Shown piece by piece: positions 8,308 through 16,628 of a stretch of DNA of 37,266 bases. Both the position numbers and the translations under genes were made by a program. Numbering within the stretch: position 1 is the stretch's first letter; every line of letters begins with the position of its first letter. A model generated the notes under the pieces. It made no database searches and was not told the DNA's origin. It saw only the letters and a list, made by a program, of their open reading frames with translations. Source of the DNA: a virus (lineage: Duplodnaviria > Caudoviricetes); the IMG/VR virus record IMGVR_UViG_3300030330_006200, positions 1 to 37,266 of that record, one strand, 5' to 3'.

Positions 8308-9183
8308 GTGAATATCCAAGTATGGACAGATACAGATTTACATGGTGCAGGTTCTGCTCTTGTATTAAAGTGGTTATATAAAGATGCTAAAGTATTTAGC
8401 ATTAATGACGTTTCTGAGTATACGTTCACTGGTAAGTTTAAAGGCGCACAGGAATCCTTAGATCACTATGATAGGGTCTATATTATCGATCTAGACTTAA
8501 CACCCGAGCAAATTAAGCTAGCTGATAAACCAAATGTAGTAGTAGTTGATGCGCATAAAAATCACACTAAACATAAAGAACTTTATAGTAAAGCAAAAAC
8601 TATACTTGATGATAGCTATTATTCTTGCGTAGATCTAATCTTGGATAAATTTGATAAGCATTTACAGCATTTAACAGATAAACAAAAAGAGTTGCTAGAG
8701 TACATTAGTACATATGACTGGTATAATACAAAACATAAAGAGTCGTTAAAGCTAAATGCTATATATTATAATCTAAATTCTCCTAAAACCGAAAAATTTA
8801 TAGCGGCGTTTATAGACGGTTATAGAGATTTTACTATACATGAAAAGAATGCTATAAAGTTATATTTTAAAAAGTTTAAAGATCAAATTGATACGGGCGA
8901 AGTCTTTACAGGTATGATAAAAGACTATAGTGTCGTAGCTACATTTGCAAACTATGCAATTAATGAACTTGCACACTTCTTATTAAAGAAGTATAACACA
9001 GATATAAGCATTATTGTAAACATACAAGCTAAGACTGTATCATTTAGACGTTCAAAAGAGAGTAACATAGATGTAAGCATATTAGCTACAAAACTATGCG
9101 GTGGTGGAGGACATGCAGCAGCTGCTGGCGGAAAGTTAACTGAACAATTTGCGAATTTAACCAAAACATTTGTACCGTGTTAA
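8308..9183 (+). CDS. DHH/DHHA1-family phosphoesterase with degenerate motifs
   Basis: TDTDLHG (motif I), IIDL, DAH in place of DHH, YDWY, VSFR, GGGGHAAAAGG (DHHA1). Confidence 0.82.
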   Translation: MNIQVWTDTDLHGAGSALVLKWLYKDAKVFSINDVSEYTFTGKFKGAQESLDHYDRVYIIDLDLTPEQIKLADKPNVVVVDAHKNHTKHKELYSKAKTILDDSYYSCVDLILDKFDKHLQHLTDKQKELLEYISTYDWYNTKHKESLKLNAIYYNLNSPKTEKFIAAFIDGYRDFTIHEKNAIKLYFKKFKDQIDTGEVFTGMIKDYSVVATFANYAINELAHFLLKKYNTDISIIVNIQAKTVSFRRSKESNIDVSILATKLCGGGGHAAAAGGKLTEQFANLTKTFVPC

Positions 9184-9476
9184 CAACATCAAATATATCA
9201 CCAAATCCCTCCAAAACTTTAATAAAGGATGAAACGGAGCATCTACTACTTTGCTTTTGCACGTTTTGCTCAATGTTAAAAGGTAAAAAATTATCCTTGC
9301 AGAATATTTTTATATTAGTCCTGCAAGAAGAAAGATTAAGAAATATTCTAAAAGAACTATTAACAATAGAAACAAATTTTGATATAGTAAAACTGTTTAT
9401 TGACTTTGAGCCTGCAATTACAAAGTCGAAGTATATTACTAAGTTCCTTAATTCGAATTCAAATATACAGTTGTAA
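9177..9476 (+). CDS. Hypothetical protein
   Basis: 99-aa ORF overlapping the DHH gene end and filling the gap to the gp32 promoter. Confidence 0.7.
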   Translation: MLTTSNISPNPSKTLIKDETEHLLLCFCTFCSMLKGKKLSLQNIFILVLQEERLRNILKELLTIETNFDIVKLFIDFEPAITKSKYITKFLNSNSNIQL

Positions 9477-9483
9477 AAAACTG

Positions 9484-9511
9484 TTGATATCCTTTTCGTA
9501 GGTTATATAAT
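9484..9511 (+). promoter_or_regulatory. Sigma70-like promoter for gp32
   Basis: TTGATA-N16-TATAAT, with the ATG 6 nt downstream. Confidence 0.72.
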
Positions 9512-9517
9512 TATGGC

Positions 9518-10354
9518 ATGAGTACTTTTAATACTTCAATGTTTCAATCAATTAAAGACGCGTTAGCAAGCTCCGATAGTAAGGGGTCTGCTACATTTAA
9601 CGAAATTATGCCTACTAAAGTAGGTAATACTTATACGGTAAGACTTTTGCCTTATGCAAAAGATCCTAGTAAGACATTCTTTCATTATTATAATCATGGA
9701 TGGAATTCTTTTGCTACTGGTCAATATGTTCAGACGCTTAGTCCACAAACGTTCGGTGAAAGAGATCCGATCGCTGAGGAAAGGTTCAAAGTTCTTAGAA
9801 CTGGTAGTGAAGAAGAGAAAGAAAAGATGCAAGCTATTCGTCGTTTGGAAAAATGGCTTGTTAATGTATATGTTATTGACGATCCTGCTAATCCGGATAA
9901 TAACGGTAAAGTAAAGATTCTTCGATATGGTAAGCAGCTTCAAAAAATTATTACTGAAGCTATTGAAGGTGAAGATGCTGAAGAGTTTGGTCCTCGTATC
10001 TTTGATCTAGGTAGTGAAGGTGTTAACTTTAAGATCAAGGTAGAGCAGCAAGGAGACTTTCCTACATACGTCTCATCGAGATTTACTACTGCTGGTAAGA
10101 TTGATATTTCTGATGATAAGCAGAAAGAAATTTATGAAAGTGCATTTGATCTTACTGACGTGTTTACTCAAAAATCTTACGATGAACTAAAAGATATGCT
10201 TAATGAGCATTATTATTGTAAGACTGAAGATGAAGTACCTGCTACTTCAGCTCCTGAACCTGCTCCTACGCCAGCAGAGCCTGAACCAGTAGTAACGGCT
10301 GCTACTAATGATAGTGTAGAAGAAGATATTGACGACTTGTTAAAGGATCTTTAA
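9518..10354 (+). CDS. gp32: Single-stranded DNA-binding protein (T4 gp32)
   Basis: VRLLP, YYNHGW, NVYVIDDPANPDNNGKVKILRYGK, FDL..GVNFKIK, acidic tail IDDLLKDL. Confidence 0.92.
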   Translation: MSTFNTSMFQSIKDALASSDSKGSATFNEIMPTKVGNTYTVRLLPYAKDPSKTFFHYYNHGWNSFATGQYVQTLSPQTFGERDPIAEERFKVLRTGSEEEKEKMQAIRRLEKWLVNVYVIDDPANPDNNGKVKILRYGKQLQKIITEAIEGEDAEEFGPRIFDLGSEGVNFKIKVEQQGDFPTYVSSRFTTAGKIDISDDKQKEIYESAFDLTDVFTQKSYDELKDMLNEHYYCKTEDEVPATSAPEPAPTPAEPEPVVTAATNDSVEEDIDDLLKDL

Positions 10355-10355
10355 T

Positions 10356-10808
10356 ATGGATACACAAGGAATGACACCAGAAGAAAAAGCTGCGGTCATG
10401 CAGTTTATGGGACAGACATATGGTCAATTACATCAGCAAGATCAAAATATTGTTGGAAGTGCCACTAACTTAAAACCTAAGTCACAGGAAATGAAACGAT
10501 TGTTTGAACAAACTGCACATATACCGACCGTACAACGTCATCAGCAACCTCATCAGCAACCAGGACCACAAGCTGCACCTACACCTGTGCAACAAGTTAC
10601 GCCTGAACAAGCTGCAGCTGAGTTACAACAGGAGCCGGCACCAGTACAAATTCCTAATAATCCAGATCAAATGGAGTTTAACTTATCCGAACCTACTGTT
10701 ACGGATAAGTTACTCGATCTTTTAAAAGAGCAAAATTTGCTATTGAAAGAGATTAGCTTAAAATTAGATAATGGAAAAAAGACAACTAAAGGTCGCAAAC
10801 AAAGCTGA
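10356..10808 (+). CDS. Hypothetical Gln/Pro-rich protein
   Basis: 150-aa ORF 1 nt after the gp32 stop; low-complexity middle, coiled-coil-like C-terminus. Confidence 0.75.
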   Translation: MDTQGMTPEEKAAVMQFMGQTYGQLHQQDQNIVGSATNLKPKSQEMKRLFEQTAHIPTVQRHQQPHQQPGPQAAPTPVQQVTPEQAAAELQQEPAPVQIPNNPDQMEFNLSEPTVTDKLLDLLKEQNLLLKEISLKLDNGKKTTKGRKQS

Positions 10809-11496
10809 ATTTTTAAAGTTATTAGACGCTATTTCAAAAATAAATGATAGTGGCGTTATTCTTGATCTACAAGAAGACAAAATAACTAGCTTAGTATCGA
10901 GTATCGATAGTACTTTAATTTTATGCTGTGAATATAAAACAGATCTTGGATTTAATAGTTCATTAAACGTACCTGACGTAAAGAAGCTGCGTAATGTATT
11001 AGATACTATTGAAGATACAGATATAGCTCTAGACATTAATTCGAATAATCTTGAATATAAAGGGGATAGTGTTAAGTTCAAATATCATTTATTTGAAGAA
11101 GGCTTTATAACTAGACCTAATATTAATTTAGAAAAAATTAATTCATTTAAGTTTGATGTAGAGTTTAAGCTTAATAAAAATACTTTACAACGATTGTTTA
11201 AGGGTAGTACTTTTGCTTCCGAAACTAATAAAATATACTTTTATACTGAAAACGGTAATTTAATGGCAGAGCTTACAGATCGAGCTCGACATAACACTGA
11301 TAACTTTACTTTAAGTTTAGGTAAAACAGATATTGAGTTAAAGCCCGTACCGGTTAATTTAGATAATATTAGATTACTTTCTATTATAGATGAAGAGTTT
11401 AATGTGAGAGTAAATACTGAATATGGTGTTGTTGTATTTGATATTGAAGATAAAGATATTAAATTAAAATATATTATATCAGCCTTAACTCAATGA
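10771..11496 (+). CDS. gp45: DNA polymerase sliding clamp (gp45/PCNA-like)
   Basis: 241 aa with a two-domain alternating beta/alpha pattern (LLDAISKIND.., C-terminal LKYIISAL), in the replication cluster. The call rests on size, pattern and context. Confidence 0.7.
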   Translation: MEKRQLKVANKAEFLKLLDAISKINDSGVILDLQEDKITSLVSSIDSTLILCCEYKTDLGFNSSLNVPDVKKLRNVLDTIEDTDIALDINSNNLEYKGDSVKFKYHLFEEGFITRPNINLEKINSFKFDVEFKLNKNTLQRLFKGSTFASETNKIYFYTENGNLMAELTDRARHNTDNFTLSLGKTDIELKPVPVNLDNIRLLSIIDEEFNVRVNTEYGVVVFDIEDKDIKLKYIISALTQ

Positions 11497-11831
11497 CAAA
11501 GCCACAAAAAAAGAACAAACTCAAGACTGCAGGTTATTTTATCAAGAGATTAAAAGATAATGACTTTGTAACGTTACGAATATTTGATAAGTATAGTGAA
11601 TCTGATCCTCGTAAGTGGACTGTTTTAGTTGACCCTGGTGGAGCTTCTGTTTATGTTACGTGTTTTGAGAATACTCCATTTAAGGGAGAATATCTGTTTA
11701 ACTTTAATGACGGAAATCAAGTATTCAATAATAATTTTAGCTTAAAAACCGACTCTATTGAAGTTGTTGTAAGTAAGTTATTAAAATCAGGAGTGCAGCA
11801 AAAGGATAAGAACGATTTTTTGAATAAATAA
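11493..11831 (+). CDS. Hypothetical protein
   Basis: 112-aa ORF with an ATGA overlap to the clamp gene. Confidence 0.75.
   Translation: MTKPQKKNKLKTAGYFIKRLKDNDFVTLRIFDKYSESDPRKWTVLVDPGGASVYVTCFENTPFKGEYLFNFNDGNQVFNNNFSLKTDSIEVVVSKLLKSGVQQKDKNDFLNK
11825..11830 (+). promoter_or_regulatory. Late promoter core (TAAATA)
   Basis: 5 nt before the ATG at 11836; overlaps the upstream stop codon. Confidence 0.55.
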
Positions 11832-11835
11832 TTGT

Positions 11836-12168
11836 ATGAGTGATGAAAAGCCAGAAGAAGATTCCGAAGAATTTGATAATGATGAGGAGTTAAGAGAACT
11901 GGTAGAAAGAGCTCTCAAGCAAAGTATTGTTGATAAAAAAACATTTAAGAGAAGACAAGATTTAGCGCGTAGACTATGCAACATTATTAGCGAATATTTA
12001 GATTGCTATATTTTATTAGGTTATGATTTTCAAGGCCGTCATTTAGATATTAAAGCGTCTAAAACACCACAACAACAAGAAGCGTTAAATTCGTTTTTAT
12101 TAAAATACTTCGCATCAGAAATGCATCATATTAAAGGTCACGGATTTGATACAGATGAATTACCGTAA
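11836..12168 (+). CDS. Hypothetical protein
   Basis: 110-aa ORF with an acidic N-terminus. Confidence 0.75.
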   Translation: MSDEKPEEDSEEFDNDEELRELVERALKQSIVDKKTFKRRQDLARRLCNIISEYLDCYILLGYDFQGRHLDIKASKTPQQQEALNSFLLKYFASEMHHIKGHGFDTDELP

Positions 12169-12496
12169 AAGAGAGATATACGCTGTTGAGACAGGAGATT
12201 ATGTAGGTAAAATGTTCGCGGTAGTTGACCCTAAAAAAGATACTATTGGTTGTCTTATTTTACCTCAAATGGAAAATGTTAATGTTCCAATAGAATCATT
12301 TGATTACGGAAGGAACAATGATATAATTAAATTAGTAGAAAAGCTTCCTAAAAACGTATATTCTGTTGTAGAGGCTCAATATAAGAAAAATGAAAACTCT
12401 AATAATAGACGGAAACAATTTAATACACCGAACATATCATACAGCGAAAATCCAGTCGAAGAAGACGAAGAATCACACGGATTACCAAGTAAGTAA
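12155..12496 (+). CDS. Hypothetical protein
   Basis: ATG at 12155 preferred over TTG 12146. The 3' end overlaps rnh by 107 nt. Confidence 0.7.
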   Translation: MNYRKREIYAVETGDYVGKMFAVVDPKKDTIGCLILPQMENVNVPIESFDYGRNNDIIKLVEKLPKNVYSVVEAQYKKNENSNNRRKQFNTPNISYSENPVEEDEESHGLPSK

Positions 12497-13274
12497 CTTC
12501 CATATTTACTTTACGCTTAACGCTGTTAGCTCGTACGTGAAGCAGTTTGTTCCTGATACTACAGTATTTGTATGGGATGAAAAGCAAGACTATAAACCCA
12601 ATATACGCAAGAGTATACTTAAGGAATACAAGGGTAATCGATCTAAAGATTCTTCACCTCATCAAAATAATGAGGTAATTAAGTCTATACTCTACTCAAT
12701 GGGTATCAATTCTATCTTTCCTCGTGAACTAGAGGCAGATGATATTGTTGCATACATTTGTAGAGAGCACGAAGGTTCGAAAGTAATTATCTCAGTTGAT
12801 AGAGACTTTCTGCAGTTAGTTAGTTCTGAGTGCACTCTATATGATCCGATACGTAAAAAGTTCTTTGAAGAAAGTAACTTCGAGGAACAAACCGGTTATA
12901 AGGATGTAGAGCAGTGGTTTACTGCAAAATGTTTAACGGGTGATAAATCGGATAATGTACCAGGTATTCCACGTTTCGGAAAAGCATCTGTTAAAAAGTA
13001 CTTTGAAGATCCGGGATTTATGCTAGATGATACTCAACGTGAAATATTTAAACGAAACGTAGATATATTTTGTTTAGATAAGTATGAGTCTTTACCCGAC
13101 GAAGCGCAATACTATAAAGATCAATTAGCTGTTAAAGTCGATCCCTCTTATAAAGTATTTCTTGAATATTGTGAAGAATATTCCTTTAAGAGAATCTTAG
13201 ATAAAAAAGAAGATTGGCATAATTTGTTTTTCATGAAAAGCTTATATAATAAGTTAAATGATATCGCTTCCTGA
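12390..13274 (+). CDS. rnh: T4 RNase H / 5'-3' flap exonuclease
   Basis: LIIDGNNL, YKGNR, LEADDIV, SVDRDFLQL, LTGDKSDNVPGIPRFG (H3TH). Confidence 0.92.
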   Translation: MKTLIIDGNNLIHRTYHTAKIQSKKTKNHTDYQVSNFHIYFTLNAVSSYVKQFVPDTTVFVWDEKQDYKPNIRKSILKEYKGNRSKDSSPHQNNEVIKSILYSMGINSIFPRELEADDIVAYICREHEGSKVIISVDRDFLQLVSSECTLYDPIRKKFFEESNFEEQTGYKDVEQWFTAKCLTGDKSDNVPGIPRFGKASVKKYFEDPGFMLDDTQREIFKRNVDIFCLDKYESLPDEAQYYKDQLAVKVDPSYKVFLEYCEEYSFKRILDKKEDWHNLFFMKSLYNKLNDIAS

Positions 13275-14319
13275 AGATTTTGTTATACTAAAATTCTTTG
13301 AGCTAGGTTTTTATCCTAAGTATAACAAGTTTAATAACGTCTACCAATGCAGCTGTCCTATTTGCAGAGAAGGTAAGTCGTTAGGTAAAAAAAGACGATG
13401 TTATTATATACCTAAAAACGAAAATATATTTTGTCATAACTGCGGGTGGTCTGGTAAACCATTAAGATGGATAAAAGAGGTATCAGGTACTACAGATAAA
13501 GATATAATTAAAGAATTAAAAGATCATGTTCCGGACGCTGAAGATATTGTTGAAAGAAGTGAAGATACTAAACCAAACTTTAAAGTCACTACCTTACCTA
13601 AGGATAGTATTAATTTGTCTGACGAGCTTCAGCTTGACTTTTATACTAACAGCAGTGTTGTTACGGCTGTTAAACATTTAATTAAAGAGCGGCGATTAGA
13701 TACCGCGGTAAATAAACCTTCGGCGCTGTATGTATCATTAACCGATATGGTACATAAGAATAGACTCGTTATACCTTTCTTTAATGAGCATGGCGAAATT
13801 GAGTTTTATCAAACAAGGACGGTCCTAAACAAAGATAATAAAGTAAAACCGAAATATTTAGGAAAGGTTAATGCTGAAAAAACTCTGTTTAATATTGATC
13901 GTGTAAGTAGTGATCATGATTGTGTTTATATATTTGAAGGACCGATTAATGCATTTTTTACGAAAAATTCAATTGCTGTAGCAGGTATTACTGAACGTGG
14001 TAAATCGTTTACACAGCGTCAAGAGGAGCAGTTAAATACAACGCTTAAATGGTATGATAAGACGTGGATACTTGATTCACAGTGGGTTGATCAGGCCTCC
14101 TTAGTAAAGTCTGAAGTATTACTCAAACAAGGGGAGAGGGTGTTTATATGGCCGGAGAAGTTTGGTAAAAGATTTAAAGACTTTAATGATATTGCAATTG
14201 CTTGCAAGGTAGATGAAATAAAGTGGAGCTTTATAGAAAAAAATACCTTCGACGGAATCGAAGGTATTGTGAGATTATCTGAGATTAAAAAATACCGTAA
14301 TCAAACGTATTTAAACTGA
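13258..14319 (+). CDS. gp61: DNA primase (T4 gp61)
   Basis: Zn ribbon CPIC..CHNCG, RLVIPF, PKY, TOPRIM IFEGPINA, KDFND. Confidence 0.92.
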   Translation: MISLPEDFVILKFFELGFYPKYNKFNNVYQCSCPICREGKSLGKKRRCYYIPKNENIFCHNCGWSGKPLRWIKEVSGTTDKDIIKELKDHVPDAEDIVERSEDTKPNFKVTTLPKDSINLSDELQLDFYTNSSVVTAVKHLIKERRLDTAVNKPSALYVSLTDMVHKNRLVIPFFNEHGEIEFYQTRTVLNKDNKVKPKYLGKVNAEKTLFNIDRVSSDHDCVYIFEGPINAFFTKNSIAVAGITERGKSFTQRQEEQLNTTLKWYDKTWILDSQWVDQASLVKSEVLLKQGERVFIWPEKFGKRFKDFNDIAIACKVDEIKWSFIEKNTFDGIEGIVRLSEIKKYRNQTYLN

Positions 14320-14738
14320 GCATTTCCAGTTTGAGCAATATAACCCTTAAATGACTCATTTAAAGCAGCAAGTTCCGTAGCAACTCTAGCAATTTTACGT
14401 TGTTCGGAGGCTTTCATACGATCAAAGATTGTATCGGGTTCAGCATTAGCTAACAAAGTTTGAATAGAATCCGGAGAAGAACCATTTAAATACTCTAAAA
14501 ACTGTTCAATCTCTCCAACCCAACTTTCAAGCTTAGTTCTCATCGCTGCGTTGCGCTCACTAACAGCTTGTGCAGCCTTTACATTAGGATCTTCATCAAC
14601 AGCAACTTCATCAACTTCAACATCTACGTCAAAATCACCAGCTTCAGTATTATCCTCTAACTCTGCTTCAAAAGCTGCTCTTTCCTCTTCAGCTTGCTCG
14701 TTAAGAGATTTAAAAAAACGTTTCTCAAATTTGGTCAT
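14301..14738 (-). CDS. Acidic helical hypothetical late protein, possible head/core component
   Basis: 145-aa ORF, TAAATA 5 nt upstream, N-terminal SLNE (L-x-E) motif. Confidence 0.75.
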   Translation of the reverse strand: MTKFEKRFFKSLNEQAEEERAAFEAELEDNTEAGDFDVDVEVDEVAVDEDPNVKAAQAVSERNAAMRTKLESWVGEIEQFLEYLNGSSPDSIQTLLANAEPDTIFDRMKASEQRKIARVATELAALNESFKGYIAQTGNAQFKYV

Positions 14739-14743
14739 AAAAT

Positions 14744-14765
14744 TATTTAGTCTCTAGCATAAATA
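14744..14765. promoter_or_regulatory. Back-to-back divergent late promoters
   Basis: TATTTA (14744-14749, - strand) and TAAATA (14760-14765, + strand), each exactly 5 nt from its ATG. Confidence 0.72.
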
Positions 14766-14770
14766 ATTAC

Positions 14771-15097
14771 ATGGATGGACCAGAATTTCCTTACAGTGTA
14801 GGCCCAGAAGATAAGCCTATCAACTTTCATATGAATGCTTCAGATCAAATGGGTATGTATAAGGATAATGAAAAACACCAAAAAGCTCCACCTATTTTAC
14901 CGTATCACTTACAGCAAATGAATCAGCTCCTAGGAGACACGTTTACAAATTTAGTTGAAGTAAGAAATATGTTAGCAGCAGCAAAATCTAATGAAAATAT
15001 TGCTGGTGGTGTTATTGATAATATTAACAGTAAAATTGATCAAATTAACGAACTGCTACTTGATATTCCGGAGGATATGGCTAAAATAGCTATATGA
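14771..15097 (+). CDS. Hypothetical protein
   Basis: 108-aa ORF with a helical C-terminus and a late-promoter motif upstream. Confidence 0.75.
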   Translation: MDGPEFPYSVGPEDKPINFHMNASDQMGMYKDNEKHQKAPPILPYHLQQMNQLLGDTFTNLVEVRNMLAAAKSNENIAGGVIDNINSKIDQINELLLDIPEDMAKIAI

Positions 15098-15549
15098 CTA
15101 TCTTAAGGTCGTTGTTTATTACCATATTAGTATCTCTTGCTTTTGGTTTTGGATTACGTAGTATATTTGGATTTTGGGAAACTGCAGTTCTTGTATTTGT
15201 TTGTCAGTTTTTAATTGCTTTTATTGTTTCATCTCTCAAAATTAACAGAGTAGACAATCTTACTGCAGAGTTTGAAGGAGAATTACAACAACTTCTAGAT
15301 CTCAATGAAGCAACAATTGTATGTCCATGTAATAATAATACTTTTCAGCAAAATGTATTTATTAATATGGATAATACATTTCATTGCGACAAATGTAATA
15401 ATACATATAGAATAGATGTTAACTTAGTACCGACTCTCCTAACTGAGACTCTTGATGTTAATAAAACGTTTACTGATTTAGCAAAAGAAGTACAAGAAAG
15501 TGATGATATAAAAATAACATCAGACTATAAGCCAGGAACGGAACTATAA
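15094..15549 (+). CDS. Membrane protein with a putative Zn ribbon
   Basis: Two N-terminal hydrophobic helices, then CPC..CDKC. ATGA overlap with the previous gene. Confidence 0.75.
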   Translation: MTILRSLFITILVSLAFGFGLRSIFGFWETAVLVFVCQFLIAFIVSSLKINRVDNLTAEFEGELQQLLDLNEATIVCPCNNNTFQQNVFINMDNTFHCDKCNNTYRIDVNLVPTLLTETLDVNKTFTDLAKEVQESDDIKITSDYKPGTEL

Positions 15550-15561
15550 TATAATTATATT

Positions 15562-15795
15562 ATGAATAAACATGAATTTAAACTAAAAGACGGTACAACG
15601 AAGACGATGGACTTTGATGAACTAGTTCGTTGGGCTTGTCTAATTGAAGCGCTTGAAGTAGTAGGCAGTAAAGAAGATATCGATATTGAGAGTAATAACT
15701 GGATTAAACCTCTAGCTTTTCAAAAGTATATTGATGAAAGATTTCATTCAATGAAGCATGATCTCAAGGTAGAAGCTACTTTAGGTAACTTATAA
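15562..15795 (+). CDS. Hypothetical protein
   Basis: 77-aa ORF, TATAAT 6 nt upstream; converges on the GT gene at a shared TTATAA. Confidence 0.7.
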   Translation: MNKHEFKLKDGTTKTMDFDELVRWACLIEALEVVGSKEDIDIESNNWIKPLAFQKYIDERFHSMKHDLKVEATLGNL

Positions 15796-16617
15796 ACCTA
15801 ATTCTTCTTTTACAGTTTGGATATATTCTGCTGATACTTTGTCTTTAAATCTTTCGATTATTTCATTAGTATCTTTTCCAATTTCTTGGAATCCAATCAT
15901 ATAATTACGGAATCTATCCTCTTTAGTTGGGCGATAAGGAACACCCGCGGGTCTACCAAAGCGATGTAACCATCGAAGAAATGGTAAACAAACAGCCTTT
16001 CGCCCAGCTAATCTATATTTTTCATGAATATAACCCTCTTCACCACCAAATCCTCTAAACTTCTTATTAAAGCCTAACCAGCTATCTTTTCTACATGTAA
16101 ATAAACCTAACCCCTGGGCTGGTATTTCAAATGGTTTATTATTAGGGTCTTTACCTCGTTTATCTGTATCCCAAACGCCCCACATGTCACTGCCCCACTT
16201 ATCGAGATTAAAGTGCGTGCTTACGTTCTTCATATCATCGTATATTAACGGTCCCTGTAATAGGTTTTGATGGTCTTTACCTGCATCATAAAAATCTAAA
16301 AGCTTTTTCAAGCTACCAGGATCTAATAATACATGACAATCTAATACTAATACGTATTCAGTGTTAGCCAAACCAAATATTTTATCTCTTAAAGAGGTTG
16401 CTGAAAAACCATCAAACTCAACATATGTTACAGGCTCTTTAAGCCAATCAACAAACTTACGGATCTCTCTTCCTTGTGCTGATTTAGGGTTGTTATTAAT
16501 GATAACAAATTCTAATCTATCTAATACCTCTTTATGGTGTAATCTTAAAGATTGAATTGTAAAATAGAGACCTTCATAGTCGTCGTAAACGCAAGTTCCA
16601 ATAGTTAGCTTTCCCAC
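15790..16617 (-). CDS. GT-A glycosyltransferase with polypeptide GalNAc-transferase-like motifs (GT2/GT27-like)
   Basis: DxH motif VLDCHV, PFEIPAQGLGLF, FGGEE, LHRF..PY. Confidence 0.85.
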   Translation of the reverse strand: MGKLTIGTCVYDDYEGLYFTIQSLRLHHKEVLDRLEFVIINNNPKSAQGREIRKFVDWLKEPVTYVEFDGFSATSLRDKIFGLANTEYVLVLDCHVLLDPGSLKKLLDFYDAGKDHQNLLQGPLIYDDMKNVSTHFNLDKWGSDMWGVWDTDKRGKDPNNKPFEIPAQGLGLFTCRKDSWLGFNKKFRGFGGEEGYIHEKYRLAGRKAVCLPFLRWLHRFGRPAGVPYRPTKEDRFRNYMIGFQEIGKDTNEIIERFKDKVSAEYIQTVKEELGL

Positions 16618-16628
16618 ACTAATAATTA

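Noticed and set aside
481-14319. Introns, inteins or homing endonucleases in the replication genes
   Set aside because: UvsX, gp41, gp32, RNase H and primase are of normal length and uninterrupted.
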